Source: Erysipelotrichaceae bacterium OH741_COT-311 (GTDB lineage: Bacteria; Bacillota_I; Bacilli_A; Erysipelotrichales; Erysipelotrichaceae). From it: a DNA stretch of 32,000 nucleotides. This document shows positions 29,353 through 32,000 of this stretch, piece by piece. The translations under genes and the position numbers were made by a program. The stretch lies in the NCBI GenBank assembly GCA_003858585.1, contig RQZE01000011.1, positions 1-32,000 of the forward strand, in the 5' to 3' direction. The notes beneath the pieces were generated by a model. That model was not told where the DNA came from. It did no database searches and worked only from the letters and a program-made list of their open reading frames with translations. Numbering within the stretch: position 1 is the first letter of the stretch; every line of letters starts with the position of its first letter.

Positions 29353-30567
29353 TTACTTCATAAATTGTTTTGTTAATACATGTACTTCACTACGAATTTG
29401 CTTTAACACATCTTCTTGTTCATGATTCTTTAAAGCTTGTATAATCCACTTTGCCACTTGTTTGAACTCTTTTTCTTTAAATCCCTTTGTCGTCATGGCA
29501 GCAGTCCCTAAACGAATGCCACTTGTTAAGAAAGGAGAATTAGTATCAAAAGGAATCGTGTTTTTATTACATGTAATGGAAACTTGATCTAAGATTTCAG
29601 CAGCTTGTTTACCATTTAAACCAAGCGGTGTAACATCAATTAGCAATAAATGATTATCACTACCACCACTTACCAAACGTAAGCCAGCTTCTTTTAACTC
29701 TTGCACCAGCACCTTACAGTTTTTAATGATTTGTTGTGCATACTCCTGAAAAGCACTTTCACTTGCTTCTTTAAAGCAGACCGCCTTAGCCGCAATGATA
29801 TGCATCAAAGGACCTCCTTGAATACCAGGGAAAATCGCTTTATCCACTGCTTGTGCATACTCTTTCTTACATAGGATAATGCCTCCACGAGGACCTCTTA
29901 GGGTCTTATGCGTTGTACTTGTTACAAAGTCGGCATATTCAACCGGGCTAGGATGTACACCTGCTGCTACTAATCCGGCAATATGTGCCATATCCACCAT
30001 TAAGTAAGCCCCTACTTCATCGGCAATTTTACGAAATTGCTTAAAGTCAATGATACGTGGATAAGAACTCGCCCCTGCCACAATCATTTTAGGCTTATGT
30101 GCAAGTGCCAGTTGACGCACTTCTTCATAATCAATTTCTTCGGTTTCTTTGTTAACGCCATAACCAATAAAGTTGTATTGTTTCCCGGAAAATGACAATG
30201 GGTGTCCATGTGTTAAATGTCCTCCACTCGCTAAATCCATCCCTAAGATCGTATCCTGTGGCTGTAATACAGACATGTAGACTGCCATATTGGCACTTGA
30301 TCCACTATGTGCTTGTACATTGGCATGTTCCGCCTTAAATAAATCCTTTAAACGTTGAATGGCTAAGTCCTCGATAACATCGACCTTTTCACACCCACCA
30401 TAATAACGCTTCCCCGGATAGCCTTCTGCATACTTGTTTGTTAAGATGGATCCTGCAGCTTCCAATACATCTTGTGAAACAAAATTTTCAGAAGCAATTA
30501 ATTCAATATTATAATCTTGTCTTATCTTTTCTTGCTCGATGGCTGCTTTGATTTCTAAATCCTTCAT
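29353..30567 (-). CDS. glyA: Serine hydroxymethyltransferase
   Basis: [22 protein letters not shown], and the PLP-lysine motif [14 protein letters not shown]. Confidence 0.97.
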   Translation of the reverse strand: MKDLEIKAAIEQEKIRQDYNIELIASENFVSQDVLEAAGSILTNKYAEGYPGKRYYGGCEKVDVIEDLAIQRLKDLFKAEHANVQAHSGSSANMAVYMSVLQPQDTILGMDLASGGHLTHGHPLSFSGKQYNFIGYGVNKETEEIDYEEVRQLALAHKPKMIVAGASSYPRIIDFKQFRKIADEVGAYLMVDMAHIAGLVAAGVHPSPVEYADFVTSTTHKTLRGPRGGIILCKKEYAQAVDKAIFPGIQGGPLMHIIAAKAVCFKEASESAFQEYAQQIIKNCKVLVQELKEAGLRLVSGGSDNHLLLIDVTPLGLNGKQAAEILDQVSITCNKNTIPFDTNSPFLTSGIRLGTAAMTTKGFKEKEFKQVAKWIIQALKNHEQEDVLKQIRSEVHVLTKQFMK

Positions 30568-30577
30568 GTCTTCTCCT

Positions 30578-31030
30578 TTATTTCAACTCTAATTTTTCAA
30601 TATGTGTAATTTTATGAATCCGATTGATATGACGTTCTTCATTTGAAAATGGTGTTTCCAACCAAAGATCTACAATCTCCAACATAAACTCCTTAGAAAT
30701 CACACGACCACCTAAAGCTAAGGCATTGGTATCGTTATGCTCTCTTGTTGCCTTGGCAGTAAATAAATCCGATACTAAGGCACAACGAATCCCTTCTACT
30801 TTATTGGCTGTAATACTTACTCCAACACCGGTACCACAGATTAAAATAGCACAATCATTCTCTTTATTCACAACACTTTTTACACATGGATATACCACAT
30901 CCGGATAATCCACCGCATCTTCCGTATAGCTTCCAAAATCTTCTACACTATATCCTTTTTCCATTAAGTACTTCTTTAAAAACTCTTTATGTTGGTATCC
31001 GCCATGATCGGCTGCTAATGCGATTTTCAT
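30578..31030 (-). CDS. rpiB: Ribose-5-phosphate isomerase B
   Basis: [11 protein letters not shown]...[16 protein letters not shown] fits the RpiB/LacAB family. The ATG at 31030 follows AGGAGG and forms an ATGA overlap with the tsaC stop. The ORF-track start at 31048 is an upstream extension. Confidence 0.9.
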   Translation of the reverse strand: MKIALAADHGGYQHKEFLKKYLMEKGYSVEDFGSYTEDAVDYPDVVYPCVKSVVNKENDCAILICGTGVGVSITANKVEGIRCALVSDLFTAKATREHNDTNALALGGRVISKEFMLEIVDLWLETPFSNEERHINRIHKITHIEKLELK

Positions 31031-31641
31031 ACTTCCTCCTTTAAACAATGTAAAATCATTTCTTTTGTAATTGGTCCTTGACGAAGAATGTTGTATCCAT
31101 CGGTTAAATCCACAATGGTACTAGCCATTTGTAAACCGGAAATTCCCTTAACAATGCCATCTACTCCATCACCAAGTTGTTCTATCACCTCTTGATGAGT
31201 CAATGCAGCCGGCAAACCGGATTGATTAGCACTTGAAACCAGTAATGGTACATTGACCTCGGTAATCAAACGTAACACAAAGGGATCATCCGGAATACGT
31301 ATTCCAATTGTATCAAGACCATTGGTAATATAAGGTAATACCTCAGGTCTCTTCTGTGCAACAATGGTCAATGCTCCCGGCATTAATTGTTGAATGATCT
31401 TTAAATCTTGTTCCTTAATCATCGCAACCTTCAAAATATCTTCTAGACTACTGCACATAAAAGGAATAGGCTTTGATTCTTCTCGTCCTTTCACACGTTT
31501 TAGCTTTTCTAACGCCTCAATGCAATCATAACGACACGCTATGCCATAAACCGTATCGGTAGGAAAGGCAACTATTCCTCCCTTATTTAATAGTTCGACC
31601 AACTCCATCAGTTGGGATTTATCATATAACTTACTCATCAT
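31027..31641 (-). CDS. tsaC: L-threonylcarbamoyladenylate synthase, short YrdC/TsaC-type (no Sua5 C-terminal domain)
   Basis: GGIVAFPTDTVYGIAC, KPIPFM, IGIRIPD, LVSSANQSG and STIVDL motifs of the YrdC domain. It is only 204 aa long. Confidence 0.85.
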   Translation of the reverse strand: MMSKLYDKSQLMELVELLNKGGIVAFPTDTVYGIACRYDCIEALEKLKRVKGREESKPIPFMCSSLEDILKVAMIKEQDLKIIQQLMPGALTIVAQKRPEVLPYITNGLDTIGIRIPDDPFVLRLITEVNVPLLVSSANQSGLPAALTHQEVIEQLGDGVDGIVKGISGLQMASTIVDLTDGYNILRQGPITKEMILHCLKEEV

Positions 31642-31831
31642 CTGCCTTCTTTACAATGCGTTTGCATTTACGCTCAAATTCAGGACGTTCAAACATAATC
31701 GATGCATGACATCCTAAACACTTAATCTTTATATCAGCACCCATACGTATAATCTTCCAATGCAAGGACTTACGACACGGATGTTGTTTTTTCATTTCAA
31801 CAATATCATGCAATCCATAGTCTTGTATCAT
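31631..31831 (-). CDS. DUF951 family small protein
   Basis: 66 aa. VEMKKQHPC...[18 protein letters not shown] matches my recollection of the DUF951 pattern. It has an ATGA overlap with the folD stop and an 11-nt overlap with tsaC. Confidence 0.6.
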   Translation of the reverse strand: MIQDYGLHDIVEMKKQHPCRKSLHWKIIRMGADIKIKCLGCHASIMFERPEFERKCKRIVKKADDE

Positions 31832-32000
31832 TCTATCCCTCCTTTTGCTAAGTAATAACTATCCAAGGTATTTTGAAGCAACATCGCAATCGTCATAGGA
31901 CCCACTCCCTTTGGTACAGGAGTAATGTAACTACAAACCTTGCTTACCTCTTCAAAACAAACATCACCTACTAAATGATTATCTATTTTATTAATACCCA
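31828..32000 (-). CDS. folD: Bifunctional methylenetetrahydrofolate dehydrogenase/cyclohydrolase FolD (C-terminal 56 codons; 5' end outside window)
   Basis: Hand translation of the minus strand gives ...[45 protein letters not shown], with stop TGA at 31830-31828. ITPVPGGVGPMT(I/V)AML is the conserved FolD C-terminal motif. It is absent from the ORF track because it is truncated. Confidence 0.8.
   Translation of the reverse strand, partial: GINKIDNHLVGDVCFEEVSKVCSYITPVPKGVGPMTIAMLLQNTLDSYYLAKGGIE

Overview
This is an AT-rich, Bacillota-type chromosomal window, plausibly Erysipelotrichia or Clostridia-like (inference from protein motifs only). It is almost entirely core housekeeping. I found no tRNA or rRNA genes, CRISPR arrays, transposases, integrases, prophage genes or recognisable defence genes.

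Minus strand, read right to left:
- A tightly coupled folD(partial)-DUF951-tsaC-rpiB-glyA operon.
- A CBS-domain family II pyrophosphatase.
- An orphan lipoprotein gene.
- upp fused to a complete F1Fo ATP synthase operon (atpZ-I-B-E-F-H-A-G-D-C), followed by a ywzB-like gene.
- mreB, a GT4 (TagO/WecA-like) transferase and an SseB-like gene.
- After the plus-strand island: yitT-ftsE-ftsX-M23 peptidase-M32 carboxypeptidase, then S41 protease-uvrB-PASTA protein-MacB-type permease (partial).

The order resembles the Bacillus ywl-glyA-upp-atp-ywzB-mbl and ftsEX-ctpB-uvrB neighbourhoods.

A plus-strand island at 11.7-16.2 kb carries a FemAB-family transferase, the c-di-AMP receptor DarA/PstA, a macro-HTH fusion with degenerate ADP-ribose loops, a small cytosolic vWA protein and an AlaX-type editing protein.

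Nothing here is convincingly a new multi-gene system. The points most worth follow-up are:
- the degenerate macro-HTH / vWA pair;
- an Fo c-subunit with a near-complete Na+-ligand signature;
- a kinase-less multi-PASTA membrane protein apparently co-transcribed with a MacB-type permease;
- an FtsEX-linked coiled-coil M23 peptidase with intact catalytic motifs and a Cys/Gly-rich insert;
- an AlaX paralogue with a substituted zinc ligand;
- two near-identical hairpins that sit between an upstream stop codon and the next gene's Shine-Dalgarno (SD) sequence.

Several ORF-track starts were revised on SD evidence.
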